DNA of 64,000 nucleotides, taken from Camelus ferus. Taxonomy: Eukaryota. Made by a program: the position numbers and the translations under genes. Location of the stretch: contig NC_045696.1 of the NCBI RefSeq assembly GCF_009834535.1, positions 75,270,001 to 75,334,000 of the forward strand, in the 5' to 3' direction. Shown here piece after piece: positions 63,584 through 64,000 of the stretch. A model generated the notes under the pieces. That model was not told the origin of the DNA and ran no database searches. It worked only from the letters and a program-made list of their open reading frames with translations. Positions within the stretch are counted from its first letter, which is position 1; each line of letters opens with the position of its first letter.

Positions 63584-64000
63584 TCTAGCATACTCTTGAA
63601 CATCTCTGGGACAAGTGTTGTCTTGTGAGGCAGCTGAGATCTGACTGTTAGAAGAGCCCAAATCTGCTTTGAGGAGCTTCCACTGATAGGCTCAATCCTA
63701 TCCTGCAGGTAGATATGAGTAGCCTAAAAATCTTTCAATGTGTCATTCAGACACTTCATGTGTTCTTCAGGGACACCTGTTGAAGGCATCTGGGGCCCCT
63801 TCCTAAGAGATAGTCTAACTGAGTCTTTAGACTCCAAGTCTATTACTTCTTTCTTCCTTGGGACACATTTTTTTTTCCCTGAGAGAATAGAGAGGTGAGA
63901 ATTAGAGAATGAGTCACTGATGAGGTAGTTAAATGAGAAGTGATCACAACCAGGAGAATTTTGGATGCCTGGATTGGATATATATAAATGCCAGCAGAGC

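Overview
Mammalian genomic DNA, most likely camelid, based on a tRNA-Ala-derived vic-1-type SINE and young artiodactyl-type L1s. It is AT-rich, has no intact protein-coding gene that I can support, and is dominated by interspersed repeats. These include a full-length but disabled 7.5-kb L1 with target-site duplications (11305-18779, minus), a 5'-truncated L1, an old internally deleted L1M, many L2/MIR copies, MLT1 and ERV-type solo LTRs, and MER DNA-transposon relics. The main non-repeat signal is at about 52.0-61.3 kb on the minus strand. It is a collinear series of about 15 decayed, splice-site-bounded exon remnants whose stop- and frameshift-ridden translations follow my recollection of human RGS22 from near the N- to near the C-terminus. 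I interpret it as an intron-containing (unprocessed) pseudogene of an RGS22-like paralog. The RGS22 comparison is from memory and needs a tblastn/HMM check. Repeat family names are also by recognition, not by database search.
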